A stretch of DNA of 63,628 nucleotides, filler included, from Sphacelaria rigidula (taxonomy: Eukaryota): NCBI GenBank assembly GCA_964200075.2. It is 6 parts of 6 records of this genome, joined end to end, with 100 filler letters (N's around TTAATTAATTAA, not from the genome) between each part and the next. Parts side by side here need not be neighbours in the genome. Positions count along the whole stretch, not along the records: positions 31,866 to 42,386 come from CAXNAA020006343.1; positions 42,487 to 53,007 come from CAXNAA020006344.1; 4 more parts are not named here. One strand, 5' to 3'. Each line of letters starts with the position of its first letter. The first letter of the stretch is position 1. The position numbers were made by a program, and so were the translations under genes. The notes beneath the pieces were generated by a model that did no database searches, was not told where the DNA came from, and was given only the letters and a program-made list of their open reading frames with translations. Below are positions 36,636-49,471 of this stretch, one piece after another.

Positions 36636-39600
36636 CACGGGTATAACTTAACCCTTAGACAGCGAGAGTAGGTCATGTGTGAAATCGGCATCAGTTTGAC
36701 TAGAAAAAACATATGCATGATCCGGGTAGACTACCCTCGTGGTCTAAGGGTTAAAGGGGGAGAACGGCGCACTCATTTATTCCTTGCCTTATCATTTCAC
36801 CATTGTTGACCACACCGCCCACTGGAGACGGAGCACCGCCTTGTGGGGGTGGGGGGGGGTAAATACATACTTCAGTCAAAGATATCGCGAGCTGCTCGTC
36901 TTGCCCATTGCGCCACATCCCAGAAAGTCGTTAGAAGTTGATTGCCATCCTGTGACCGTCCAGATGTATGTGCCCATCTATCGGTGTGTCATGTTCATTC
37001 GATAAATGACTGCCTGCGACTTGTCGGGCGCCCGATTTTCGGGGCTAAGGGTTGATCCTTGCAGGACAAATCAGTAATTTTCCGGACATATGGCACTGCG
37101 AGCGCTGGTGACCTCATGGCAATAATGTGCGAATACTCCCACGGTAACACGGTAACAATCACAAAATCATCCCAGTCAGTCTGGGACTCATTCTTCGAAT
37201 GAAAATGATGCCAATGAAAATGATGCCGATTTGTGTTTGGACTAGCAATTGCACCCTCTACCAACAACGTTTTGGTGAGATTGAGAGTAGAGTGCTGATT
37301 GAGCGTGGCTTTGATCATTCGCTTCAATTCAGATTTGTTTTCATTCCGTGCGTGTCTTTCTATGTCTCCATCACTGGTGTTTGCTTAAACAGTTATACAC
37401 ATCGATGTCCTACTCGGAGATATCAAGGGCCTCAGTGGCAAGCTACTTTAAAAATCACATTGGGCCTCCTGGAGGAGAATTTCGGAATTGAAACGATCCA
37501 TTCACTTATTGACCACTTTTCACTCCAATCGTATCCTCCTCTACTCTCACTCTCACATAAACATTGTTTACCGTAGAATCACTCATTCAACGCATGAATG
37601 ACAAGCTGGCGGTCGACGGGCCAATACATTTGTGTATCATGGTTCGATGTATGACTTACTTTGTAAAGAGTCGTGCTACGGTAACGGTTGCGCATTCGAC
37701 CCCGAATCTTCCTCATTCAGGAGCTCATTCAGGAGCTCCTAAACTTAGGATCCACACTAGAAATGAGTGAGGACATCCCTATCTTCAGAATCTTCCGGGA
37801 TATCTCTAACCCATTCGAATGCCTATCTTGGCATTGATTGATTATCGCACTTGAACCGACCCCTGAGGGATCCAGCCGTGGTCACATGATAGACATGCTC
37901 TCAAACATTTAGTAAGTCGGTTTTCGGATGATATATATAGAGGCGGATAGAGGACTCGTGACAAAGGGAACCCCAGAGAACATCTATTTGTGCACCTCTA
38001 CCGTAGCACCACTGTAAATGAAGGTCGGCATCATGCTATGTACAACCTGCAGGGTCAAGTGCAGCGTGAGAAAGCCAGTATCGCGAGTATTAGATATACA
38101 CATATATAATTCTTTGCACTAATCAAATGGTGGCACAATATATAATGTATGCATTTGCCGCAAGGAAATGAGTAGTACGCCAAGGGTCTGTCGAGAGAAG
38201 TTTTTCGGACACGGAATCCCCTCCTCTCACCCCCCACCCCTCCCGGAGGCCATTTTTTTCGAAAATTGTCGTTTTTTTTTTTTTCTTCATATTTTTGTCG
38301 TAAATTGATCAACAAACACTGACAAAACCCGAAAAGTCTGGCGGGCTTTACGAGCTTCGTATATTTGCTTCTGCTCCTAGCCCTCCCTGTCCCGACGACC
38401 TCGGATGCCGGCAACGCTCACACACATCATCTACATACACAGTACACGAGCGCACAGTAGCCCCAGCCTGTAGCCAAAGTAGCATCATTATCTCACGCCT
38501 CGCCGAATATGTCGGACTACTGTAGTAGTGGTGGGTAGTCGAGGCACCCCACACGGAACATGCGATCCCATAAATGTAATCATGGCAGGCGTGATGAGCT
38601 TGGGGGGGCGGTGTGTCCGTCATCTCAGCGGTCTCGATGCCAAGGATCTGTGTGCACGGCAGCTGATCGCATCTGCCAACGCCCCGGCAATAAACTAGGG
38701 AACAGCAGGCGAAGTACCCCCCCCCTCCCTCAAAAACTTGAATTATTTTCGATCTTGGGGCCTATGTGTCCCGAAATATTTTTATGACAGACCCTTGAGT
38801 ACGCGAAAATAAACATGGATCTGATCTACCTGCTCGAAACCGTTCAGGGGTTCCTCAACCTTGGCGAATTGAATTAAAACTGCTCTCACCTGCTCACCAT
38901 GTATCATATTATGAAGAAATGAAGTGCGTGTGGCTTGAAGGACGAAAATTCTGGAGCCGAGATGTGCATGGGAGAAGGTCGTACCTTATTGAATAAGCTT
39001 TTAATTTAACCCTTTGGTGGGTTCGACAGCGTCTGATATTTGTGCCCTCAAACAACAAGAGACAGCTATGAATTACAGTTATAGCATGGCGAGCGAACGT
39101 TGGTCTTGGCACACGCTGCATTTGTCGACCATACAAACTCGATATTGCGAACATTAATCGGCTGCTCTACGGTGGTTACGATTTTGGACGTTTCTGGGAA
39201 AGCACTCCATGCAGGTCGTCGCTGTAGATTCATTTGTGGATGGTGGGGATAGTAGGGAAATGAGATACTCAGGAGGGAGTCACAACATCAACATACAGCA
39301 TAACAGAAGGAAGGGTAGTGGGAACTTACAAATCGTGCCCTCAGTTCTAATATATTTTCAACTCCTCTATCGCGTGGGGTCCGTTGCATCCACATAATAT
39401 CTCGTAGAAGTGTGTCTCGGCCGACATAATCATTCGTACGGTCTTTGATTTCGTTGTGGAACACGCTGGTGGCCACATATACACTCACATACTGATTCAT
39501 GTGGGGTGGTGGTTGGGTTCCATCCCTCACACGCCATAAACAAATAATTGCACCCCTCTTATGTCCACAAGAAACTCGTCCTACTGCCAAATTAACGACA

Positions 39601-40307
39601 CCGAAAAACCTCTCACGTCTCCATCAAATCTCACGCATTCCATCTCATGCCTGCCGTTGCCATGCAGTTTCTCTCAGGAAACTCTCGTTACACGTGATGA
39701 GAGACCCTCCGCTGGCGCAAAATACCGCTACACGGTTGGTGCTGCGGTGCTGCCACATATGAGATAGTCCGTTCAACGAAAGCAAATAAATACAGTTCCA
39801 GAATCCCCTTCCTCTCACGCCGAACACATGCAGTCAACCAAACTGAGTGTTCCATTGGTATCCTTCCTCTGCAAAGTGCGCAGCTTTACAAAGAACATAC
39901 CGGCTATACAACGAACGCCAGTAACCCCGAGTACCGTACGCAACAAGGAAGGCCGTTCCAAGTCAACGTGAAATCATGAACGCATATCTTTTTGGTGGTT
40001 ACGTACTAAAGGTTGACACGCCAGCTTCGGTTTCAAGATGTACGCGAGGTTTCCGTTGCCAATAAATGGCTGCCAGGCAGAGAGAGTAGGTGGCCGAAGA
40101 ATGATGTACCGTTGTCTTCTTCGGTGATGTGTCACACCCTCATCCTAACACTCCCGATGCTCCCCACCCTCCACCTTCACTCAACATCAACGACTGGCAG
40201 TACCCTACGACGAGTTCCATCGAGCGCAAGTGGTGTCTGTATAGTACTGTACTACAGTACTGTAGCTCCTGACCATCAGAATTTCCGTACGCCGCGTGCC
40301 CGCCACA

Positions 40308-40649
40308 ATGAAGATCAACATCTCCAAGAACACCTCGTCAGCAGCAGCCGCCGTACCTCTACTCGCCATAGCGACCGCCATCCTTCTGTCCACGACAGTC
40401 AATGCCGCAAGCTTTGATGTTTCCCCGGATGGATCGCCTTACTCCATCGCATCGGCACTAGCCGAAGCTGGTCCAGGCGACACGTTGCACTTGGCAGACG
40501 GCACATACGACGAGCCTATCGTGACAGTAGCCGGTGGCGAGGAAGGTAGTCCTTTGTTGATCGAGGGTGGGCGTGGGGCTGTGATTCAGGGATCCTACGG
40601 AGATAAGCACAGAGCGGTCTACGTCTCTCATTCATGGGTCACGATACAG
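40308..40649 (+). CDS. Secreted parallel beta-helix (pectin lyase-like fold) protein, exon 1
   Basis: ATG at 40308; hydrophobic signal peptide (AAAAVPLLAIATAILLSTTVNA); typical beta-helix N-cap SIASALAEAGPGDTLHLADGTYDE; ends CAG|GTGCAA in phase 0. Confidence 0.88.
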
Positions 40650-41970
40650 GTGCAAGTGATGCGCGTTCTTGTGTTTGCCTGTTGTGAGTTAGGTGCGATA
40701 ACACGCGCTGGAATGCGGCACACGTCTGGTTCGGTTTTTGCAGCCGTGATTCGTGTCGTGGCGATATGCATCTGATTGTAGGAAAACCCTTCGTTTCCTT
40801 CCGTGCCCGTGCCGCGAAGTGGATAGCTCTATACCCGACCTGAAAAGCCTTGATCGCGTAGAAATAAGTGTGGATGGATATCGTAGACTCGGAACACGCG
40901 CCTCAGAAGATCGCATTCGAAAAAAATCAAAACGAAATGAGTACGAGCAACCAAAAATCGTGGGGATTCGAACCGACGTGCGCGCTATATGAAAAATAAC
41001 CCTCTGTACGAAACAGGCAGTTGATTGAAAATCTCGTGTTGTATGTGGCGGCATTCTTTTGTCGGCATTACTTTTAGCCCAGTGTCGTTCTCGCGAGCTG
41101 GTCGACAAGATTCATAGTTACACTTGATTTTCAGTGTGGACTGCTACATTCGGATCTGGGGCCTGGTAGTCCGAGGTGCCTAGGGCACTCCACTTGAGCC
41201 CCTTGCGACAGAGTTCTCGAGATGCCCTAAGCTGGGATAATCAAGACTACGGTCGACCTTACGGTTCGACAAAAACGAAGAAAGTCTGCTCAACCATGAA
41301 ATCCCTCAACCAATTCAACGAATCTGATTCAGACCTCCCTAGATTCTTCTCGCTCACCGATGCTCTCCATTAGTGACTGCTCCAGTTTGTTCCGTGGAGG
41401 TGGGCGTGGATTTCCTACTGCAATAATGAGGGGTGGGAGCTGCAATGGTGGGTATGATGCACATGTACTGGAGTACACTGTACCCTGACACTGTAGTACG
41501 GCTGACAAAACACCGTGCGCCCACACGGTCACTGTGATCTCATCGTACTGATCTATCCACATCGTGGAATGACGACAATTCAAAGCCACAAAATTTCGCT
41601 GGAAATGGAAATTCGAAACTTTCAAACGAACACTACCCACGGCCCCTCGAGGCCTTCAGCTGATGCTGTTCTTACTCTGCTGGGTGGTTGTTTTGTGTTT
41701 GTCATCACATTCAAGAACCGTTCTGATATCTGCGAAGTTCTCTGTACTGGGAATCTGATGCGGACGCCTTCCGTGGTCACGTTAACTACCCCAACGGCGT
41801 TGTGACCCCTGAAATATATTGATCCTGGAAATTTCGAAATGTCAACGGCCAGCACATATCGAAACGCCTAGAGCTGTGGGGTCACGTTGTCGATATTTCG
41901 TGGTGTTGTACGCTGTCTCTCGTGTCCGTGCGACTCAATCAATTGCATGCGTATATTCGTTGTTCGACAG

Positions 41971-42143
41971 GGTTTCACCGTCGATGGCCTGGTAGGCTCT
42001 GCGGGTGAAGAATCGTCTTACATCGACAAGTGCGTCTGGGTGGAGAATGAAGGCTCGCCGACTACGCAGCGATACGAGGGAAGTGAAGTGAGGAGCTCCC
42101 TGATCGGCTTCGTCATGAGAGGAATGAACATCAAGAACTGCGG
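41971..42143 (+). CDS. Secreted parallel beta-helix protein, exon 2
   Basis: Acceptor TTCGTTGTTCGACAG|GGT; splicing gives the in-frame HSWVTIQ-GFTVDG motif, then YIDKCVWV...GFVMRGMNIKNCG; donor GG|GTAAAG. The rest of the gene is lost at the contig end. Confidence 0.85.
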
Positions 42144-42303
42144 GTAAAGCCTCGCTGTATAGGCGTAGTCATGTCACTGCTGATTGGGTAGGTTGTGAAA
42201 CCTGATGCCTTTCCTCTGCCGTATGAAATTCCCTTAGCTGCTCACAGAGCTTGTGGGATGCGATCCTAAAAATGGCGCCACGGGTGTGTTGAAACCTATC
42301 CGC

Positions 42304-42370
<67 letters not shown>

Positions 42371-42386
42371 TTCTCCTTTTTCCCTC

Positions 42387-42486
42387 NNNNNNNNNNNNNN
42401 NNNNNNNNNNNNNNNNNNNNNNNNNNNNNNTTAATTAATTAANNNNNNNNNNNNNNNNNNNNNNNNNNNNNNNNNNNNNNNNNNNN
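42387..42486. other. Artificial contig spacer
   Basis: N44-TTAATTAATTAA-N44. Confidence 0.98.
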
Positions 42487-42922
42487 CCCATCATCATTCA
42501 CGTTCTACGAGGGCGAGATTCGACCTTCGACTCAAGCGGTCAGTGCCTGAAAGTGTGCGCGTTATACGGCAATACACGGAGCCCTCATTGTGGATCTGGC
42601 ACTTTGATTCTGAAAAACGGAAATTTCACGTATACATGCGTACACGCGATGAACACAGGTGACACCAGACTGCAGAACGATTTCTTGGGGTTCGGTGAAT
42701 TTTCGTGTCACAGTTTATTTTATTTTTCTTTGTCTCTTCCTAGGTTGTCTATTATTTGGCAATCGCAGCCTGTATTGTATATGTGCAACACACGACGTTC
42801 AAACGGTAACGCGATTATATTCATATTTCGTATGTCCTTACACCATAGGCGTCTGAATCGTGTAGGCACGGCATAAGCGTTCGTCATATCAATATGATTT
42901 CAATCAACAACAATCGTAGGCG

Positions 42923-43712
42923 TGACAGGAGCAGACTTCTTAGCCAAATCTCCAGGGTAGGTTCACGGGGCTGTTGAAGCTATGTCGATGTGTCCTCAAC
43001 AGCTGGAACCCAAATGTCGGGAAGAATAAACCCCGCAGATGAAAATATGGTTGAAAAGAGTTTTTATACGAAGTATTGTTTTATTATCCTATATCTGGTG
43101 TCCCCACTCAAATCCAAGTACAACAAACCAATCCGTACCAAACGAGACTGATGAGGGAAGATGCGGAAGAGTGAGACCGGCGGGGGTGGATGCGCTAAGG
43201 ATGCTCCTTGTGCGCCCCTTGGCTCCACGTCAGTCCCTCTTATGCGCTTTGCGCTCAGCCTCGTCCAGATACCCTCAACCAAGCTCACACGTCATGCCTC
43301 AAATGCACCCGAACACAAGTGTAGTTTTCCAACAAGCTCTCCCGGCTCAGGGAAATTCCACTTCGTTGTATTTTCTCCAACACCAGCCCCAGCCTTTCGG
43401 ACCATGTGCTCCTGAACACAAACTCATGACCCTTCAACCTTCAAATCCTGTAAGATACCTCCACGTATGCAGTTGAAGACTGAAATAACAGCTGACGCTT
43501 GACTACACTCACACTCCTGTGGCTCAAACGAAAACAATCATGCTGTCGTCTGCCGAGATTGCTGTCGCCCGGCCCCTGTAAACCGGACTACATCCCCTTT
43601 TACTGCAAATACGTCCCCTCCTGTACAACATATATATATATATATCTTTCTTATTGGTTCAGAACTGTTTTCGCACGAAATCATAATGCCACCGAGAACT
43701 CGGCTCACCACA
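42923..43712 (-). repeat. 3' LTR (790 bp)
   Basis: TGACAGGAG...GGCTCACCACA on the plus strand; highly similar to 48696-49471. Confidence 0.95.
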
Positions 43713-44204
43713 TTAGCCCATTCTGTGAACCTAACTTTCTTCTCGAAGCCCAGATGTAGTTGGGTGAACAGACCAAATCAGGTCGCCAAACTCTGGTGAG
43801 CCCCGGTATTTCTACCTGGTCACCGAAACCAATGCGCCAAATCATCAACCTCCAGAAGAAACACACACAAAACGAAACGTTCCACCCCCTTTCCTGTTTA
43901 CTGTTTGAACATAGTATTTCACACATCAAGTTGTCTACCGGCAATCCGCGAACCTGCGGCCCCCACTCGTATGTCTTTCCCAACCAAACATCGACAAGTA
44001 TTCAACTTAGCAATATGAATCAAAACCATCAACCAAAACAAACGCGGAACCCAAAAATCAATGAACGGCATTCCATCATTGTCAGTCTTCCAGATCCGCT
44101 CCTTGTCGTTGTGCTGTACCGATGCCGATCTACCCCAACCATCTACATCTTGACATCCGTCTTCAAACCCCATGATGTCCGGTGGTCTCCCTCGGGTCTC
44201 CGGG

Positions 44205-46226
44205 CTACAGCGTGTGCGCGAAGAATTCAGGTGTCCCCTTGTGTACATGAAAGTGCAAACACCAATCTCCAACTCGGTTCCGAGAAGAGTTCAAGTTTTC
44301 CAACCGGAGGTGAACATGAAACTTCTTCCCCAAATCCAGCGTCCTCACTGTGTGTGGCAGATTTTGCACCTCAGGATTCTCCAGCAAGCCCATCACCTGA
44401 GCCAGTTGCCACCCTGCTTTCTGAGTGCGGTAGTAAACATAGCATCCAGATTTTGCATCGCACCGGAGCTCGTACCCATTTGCTACAAACATCTGTCCCC
44501 ACTGGCGAGCCTCCTCTCGCCTGGCCAAATTAATACGGTATTTCCGGTATTTCGGATTATCCGGTTTTTCCAAGCTGGGACTTCCCAACCAATACGTCAA
44601 TATGACTCGCCCGTACTGTTTTAGGTCCTCCTCGTGCTCCCACCTAGGTCTCTCCATGTTTCCCCAGTGCACCAGATATTGCACTGAGATTTTTCCACGC
44701 AGCCCCCGAGATATCCGATGACTAGCAATTTTGGTAGGGCTCATCCGATATGTATCTAACTGCAACGAGACATCCTCCTCCGTAAGGTGTAACGGCGGCG
44801 ACAGCTCCGAATATTGGTTCAATACATACTGACGCAAACCCCACGGCAAAGATTTCGGAGGCTCCGGGTCGTCCTTCGGGTTATGGCACCGCTTGCCCCT
44901 CAACACCGAGACTCGAGGACTCATAATGACCCCCGGCTCATCTCTCCGAATTTCAAGGAGTAGTAACTTATCTCCAACCAGTTCCCCCTTCTCTGAGATC
45001 CCTGGTCCTACCACCAAAATTCTGTACGGCCCTTTCCAAGGGTGAGATATTTTGCATGATAAAGATGTGTTACCCCCATCCCGAACCGCAGTTCCTCCCG
45101 CCATGATCGTCCCTTTTGTGTCATAAACAAAAACCCAATCACCTACTTTTCAAATGGGCCGTCGGTTCAGAGTTTCTTCTAGTTCGAAGTTCCCAACCTC
45201 ATGCTTCGATTTTATTTGATACTCCTCTTGCCTCACAAGGTCATACGCCTTTACCTGGCGGTCCTTCATCAACTGTAAATATTCAAGTTGATTCGCCTTC
45301 AACCCTTGGTGTCCCCCCACACCTCTTCGCTCCAGAGTGGTCATGGGTAACCTCGGGTATTTCCCGATATGCACCTCGTTTGGCGCTAGACCAATTCCTC
45401 TACTAAGATTATTATCATGCGCGGAAATGGCGTAAAGCAACAACTTGTCCCAATCTTTCTGGTCATCCGCTACTAAATACGACAGCATCTACACAGCGTG
45501 TGTTTCAGCCATTCCACCATCCCATTTGTCTGGGGGTGATGAGCGCTGGTGTATCGTTCCACAGCTCCCAACATGTCATAAACTACCCTTGCTACTCGTG
45601 CTGTGAATTCTGTTCCCCGATCTGATAACAACGTATGTGGGCATCCCCATCGCGGGATTTAGTCGAGCGCCAAAATCTCTGCACAACCTTCTGCTGTTTT
45701 CTCCTCTTTTGTAAGAGCATGGCCCTCCCTTGTTCGTTTTTGGTAGCGGCCCCAACAAGTCGAATGAAACCATCTGTCCCGGCTGACTGGGCAGAGGTGG
45801 AGAAACTTAAGGCCACCGAACCGTATGTCTCGGGTTCTTTCGTGCTTGACACGTATAACACCGCCTCACCCAAAATTTCGCACTTTGTTTCATCCCGATC
45901 CACCAATAGAATCGCTTCAACAGGGATGACGTAATACCTTCCCCCAAGTGTATCGCTTCTTTGCGGGTTTGGTCCATCACCCACGGTCTCAGCATCAACG
46001 GTACATACGTGCGTACCGGCTCTTCCCCCAAATATCTCTCAAATTGTCCCGGGTTTCGTTCCTCTTGAGCGGGCATTGGCGTTTTCCGCTTCACTACCAG
46101 TGAACTTCCATCCGATAGTTCCAAAAGTGTTCCCTGCTTCAACAACCTCCTAAATTCGGGTAGACCTATCCGTGTTGGAACGCCCTTGTCTTGTTCCTTC
46201 GTCAAAACCGTCACCTGCTTCTTCAA
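44205..46226 (-). pseudogene. Gypsy integrase + chromodomain + C-terminal extension, frameshifted
   Basis: Zn-binding region HLG...YWW...CYTC; catalytic FDLLGP, LLSDRGTEF and HPQTNGMVE; GPY motif WKGPYRI; chromodomain QYLVHWGNMERPRWEHEEDL. Confidence 0.92.
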
Positions 46227-48625
46227 ATAGTCGATGACGGTCCTCGACGTGAGATCTTTCGTTCTGTCCTTTTCTCGTCTCTTTGGTACTGGTCTAACTC
46301 TACCGGATTAAGCCTGGACAGCAGAACTTCGGCCTTTACCACGTTGTCGCGGGTGGCCTGCTCCCTGTGTTTACGGGCCGCTCGCACCTCTGCTTTTTTC
46401 CGTTCTTCGGCATGAGCAGCTTCGCGCTGCTGACGCTCAAGAACCTCTACCGCTTCCCTCACATTGGCCAACTCTTCCTCTACGGACGCCTCGCCTGCCC
46501 GAATCTGCCTTAAACCGTCCCTGGCCTGACGGAATTGAGAACCGCCATCACGCAAAGCATGCTGCGCCGTCTGGGGCATTTCCACCGGACAGACAGGGTG
46601 TAGGGGCGTCGACTTTTGTGAATACGTTTTATCCATCGCGGAAGGGGCTTTTGCCACCTGAGCATAAGTTTTCATGGACTTGCCACCTCTCTGCCACCCT
46701 GCAGCCTCGTCATCAATCCCCAACTCTTCAGTTGACCTAGTAGGCGCGGTCGTAATTTCACCGACTTTGCCTTCATCGGATAATTTCTTTGCCAACGCTT
46801 CGTCTTTTTTAGCATCGCAACGAGTCGCTTACTCCTACGCCTCTCAGCTCGAATTTCAGCCTGGTGCAACATGCGAGCTAGGGTCTCATCTCCCCCAGTG
46901 TCAGTGCTTACGGGGGAAGTCGGGACAGGCGCGGAAACTGCCTGTCCCTCAGAGGTTGTGCGCCGCCCCTCTACTTGAGCTGCATAAATGTTCTCACTGC
47001 AAGCAATTTCAGCAGTGTTAGCTCCACTCTTCTTACGCTGAGACTTGGAAGAGCCTCCCGGGTTTGGGGTGTAGACCCCACCCGGTGCAGCAACCGTCAG
47101 ACACGGGCGACTGTCATCATTAGGGTCAATACCCACTACTTTACAGCGGTCTTCATGGGACAGCGAGTCTAGCATTCGACGGACGTTTTAAAGCACATCG
47201 GTCATCATCTCGTCAGTCTTTTCCGCTACCACAGTGGTGCCATCATTCGAGGCATCCACGCACACATCACTGCTATCGTGCGTCATTACCTCAGCAACGG
47301 TCGACACCGAGGGTTCTGGCTTCACAGCCGCCGGTGCCTTGTGCACTGTGCCGTCCCGGCTGGTATGAGGGACCATCACGCCCGGTAGCCCCACCACGCC
47401 GATTCCCGGTTCGTTCTGTCTCTCTCGGCTAGATCCCGTGTCTGTACAGAGCGGGATCGTATCAGCAACCGTGTCGGCATTTGAGTTCACCACTGGTTCG
47501 GACATAGAAACAGGTGACGCTGCAAAGCTTACATGCCTAGTTCTAGCGTGTGGATGACTTCCACTCGACCTGGCCCCGCTATCCAACACATCATCACCCG
47601 ACTCTATCTCGGACAGAATGTACCGTAGCTGCCTGCGCCTCCGTTTTCTGGAGCGTCAGAATTTGTTGTTTACTTCCTGCCGCAGTCGTCCGTGATCTCA
47701 CTTGCCCTACATTTGACATGGACCGACTGGACACAGCATTTTCAACCGGAGGCGTTGTTCGGGAACACATTTCACTGCCCGTCTCGATGTCCACGCCTGG
47801 CTCCACATTTTCGCCAGGTCGGTGTGTCGGGTTTCGTACTACACGACTGACATCGCTACTAGATGATCGCACAGGACTATCACCACGCATTCCAGTAACA
47901 TCTTTGGACAACCGCCCAGGGTTATCCGCAAGCGTTTCACTCTTGCCACGGGGCGACTGTACTTGTCTCTCCTTACGCATTTCATCATTACTCGTGTATG
48001 ATTGTGCACAAGTAGCATCCATTTCATCCACATCACAAATATTTTGCGAAATTTCAGTTTCATGGCCTGTTGTAGTGGGCAAGTCACTACGCGTTTTTGG
48101 AGCGGTGGGGAGAATTTTATTCACCTCTCGTTTCCCCACACCTTCAGTGACAACATTGGATACATCCGAAACCACACCTGCTTCGAGGTGGCTTTCTAAT
48201 AAATTCATGTCCTCACCCAAATGGGTTTGAAGCGCCGATGTGTTTTTCTCGGTAGAGCTTCTCCCCTCAGCATTGCACACTGTGTCAACGTCATCTACAG
48301 TCCGCGGTACATCAGTTTTCTCTAAGCTGCTCCGCCTGCAGTGTCTGTTTTCTACCCCAGAGGCAGGAAGCGCCGAGGAGTTTTTCTCGGTAGTGCCCCT
48401 GTCCTCGTCAGTACTCAATGCTGGTTTCGCCAAAGGTTCCGACTTGATACACGGCACCCCTTTGACTGACTCATCACCGCATTCCTCTCTTTTATCCTGC
48501 GACACGGCCGACTGTTTTTCCCGGTTTGGTTCTCTCGACAAATCATCCCTTCTACGCTGGGCTCTCGTGCGTACTCCTGTTTTAGCCATCACAGGTACTA
48601 CAGAAGGATTGTTCTCACCCGACAT
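46223..48625 (-). pseudogene. Long low-complexity N-terminal (pre-gag/gag-like) region of the LTR element
   Basis: Four tandem minus-strand ORFs starting ~55 bp after the PBS and ending in a predicted coiled-coil stretch (VEEELANVREAVEVLERQQRE); abuts the integrase directly. Confidence 0.7.
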
Positions 48626-48679
48626 CGTAGAACCGCGCTGCTGTCCTTGCTGAACTTGTACAGTAGATCCTTTCCTCGA

Positions 48680-48694
48680 CTACCGTCGGCGCCA
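48680..48694 (-). promoter_or_regulatory. Primer-binding site
   Basis: Minus strand TGGCGCCGACGGTAG begins 1 nt after the LTR-terminal CA and is complementary to a tRNA 3' end ...GUCGGCGCCA. The tRNA identity is not assigned. Confidence 0.8.
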
Positions 48695-48695
48695 G

Positions 48696-49471
48696 TGACA
48701 GGAGTAGACTTCTCAGTCACATCTCCAGGGTAGGTTCTCGGGGCTGTTGAGGCTATGTCGATGTGTCCTCAACAGCTGGAACCCAAATGTCGGGAAGAAT
48801 GAACCCCGCAGATGAAAATATGGTTGAAAAGAGTTTTTATATTGTTTTATTATCCTATATCTTGTGTCTCCACTCAAATCGAAGTACAACAAACCAATCC
48901 GTACCAAACAAGACTAATGAGGGAAGATGCGGAAGAGTGACACCGGCGGGGGTGGATGCGCTAAGGATGTTCCTTGTGCGCCCCTTGGCTCCACGTCAGT
49001 CCCTCTTATGCACTTTGCGCTCAGCCTCGTCCAGATACCCTCTCAACCAAGCTCACACGTCATGCCTCAAATGCACCCGAACACAAGTGTAGTTTTCCAA
49101 CGAGCTCTCCCGGCTCAGGGAACTTTCCACTTCGTTGTATTTTCTCCAACACCAGCCCCAGCCTTTCGGACCATGTGCTCCTGAACACAAACTCATGACC
49201 CTTCAACCTTCAAATCCTGTAAGATACCTCCACGTATGCAGTTGAAGACTGGAATAACAGCTGACGCTTGACTACACTCACACTCCTGTGGCTCAAACGA
49301 AAACAATCATGCTGTCGTCTGCCGAGATTGCTGTCGCCCGGCCCCTGTAAACCGGACTACATCCCCTTTTTACTGCAAATGCATCCCCTCCTGTACACAT
49401 ATATATTTCTTATTGGTTCAGAACTGTTTCCGCACGAGATCATAATGCCACCGAGAACTCGGCTCACCACA
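48696..49471 (-). repeat. 5' LTR (776 bp)
   Basis: Partner of 42923-43712; adjacent to the PBS. Confidence 0.95.

Larger units (their letters stand above)
42923..49471 (-). mobile_element. Internally deleted Ty3/gypsy LTR retrotransposon, 6.5 kb, with both LTRs
   Basis: Direct repeats at 42923-43712 and 48696-49471 with TG..CA ends; PBS next to the right LTR; integrase and chromodomain on the minus strand; no protease, RT or RNase H motifs. Confidence 0.93.

Noticed and set aside
42305..42370. Long poly(C)/poly(G) runs and polyproline ORFs (also 25273, 28123, 28275, 31688)
   Set aside because: Homopolymers next to gaps or contig ends; lengths are unreliable and there is no coding support.
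42923..49471. LTR element as an intronic insertion in the beta-helix gene
   Set aside because: The two are on different contigs separated by an artificial spacer.
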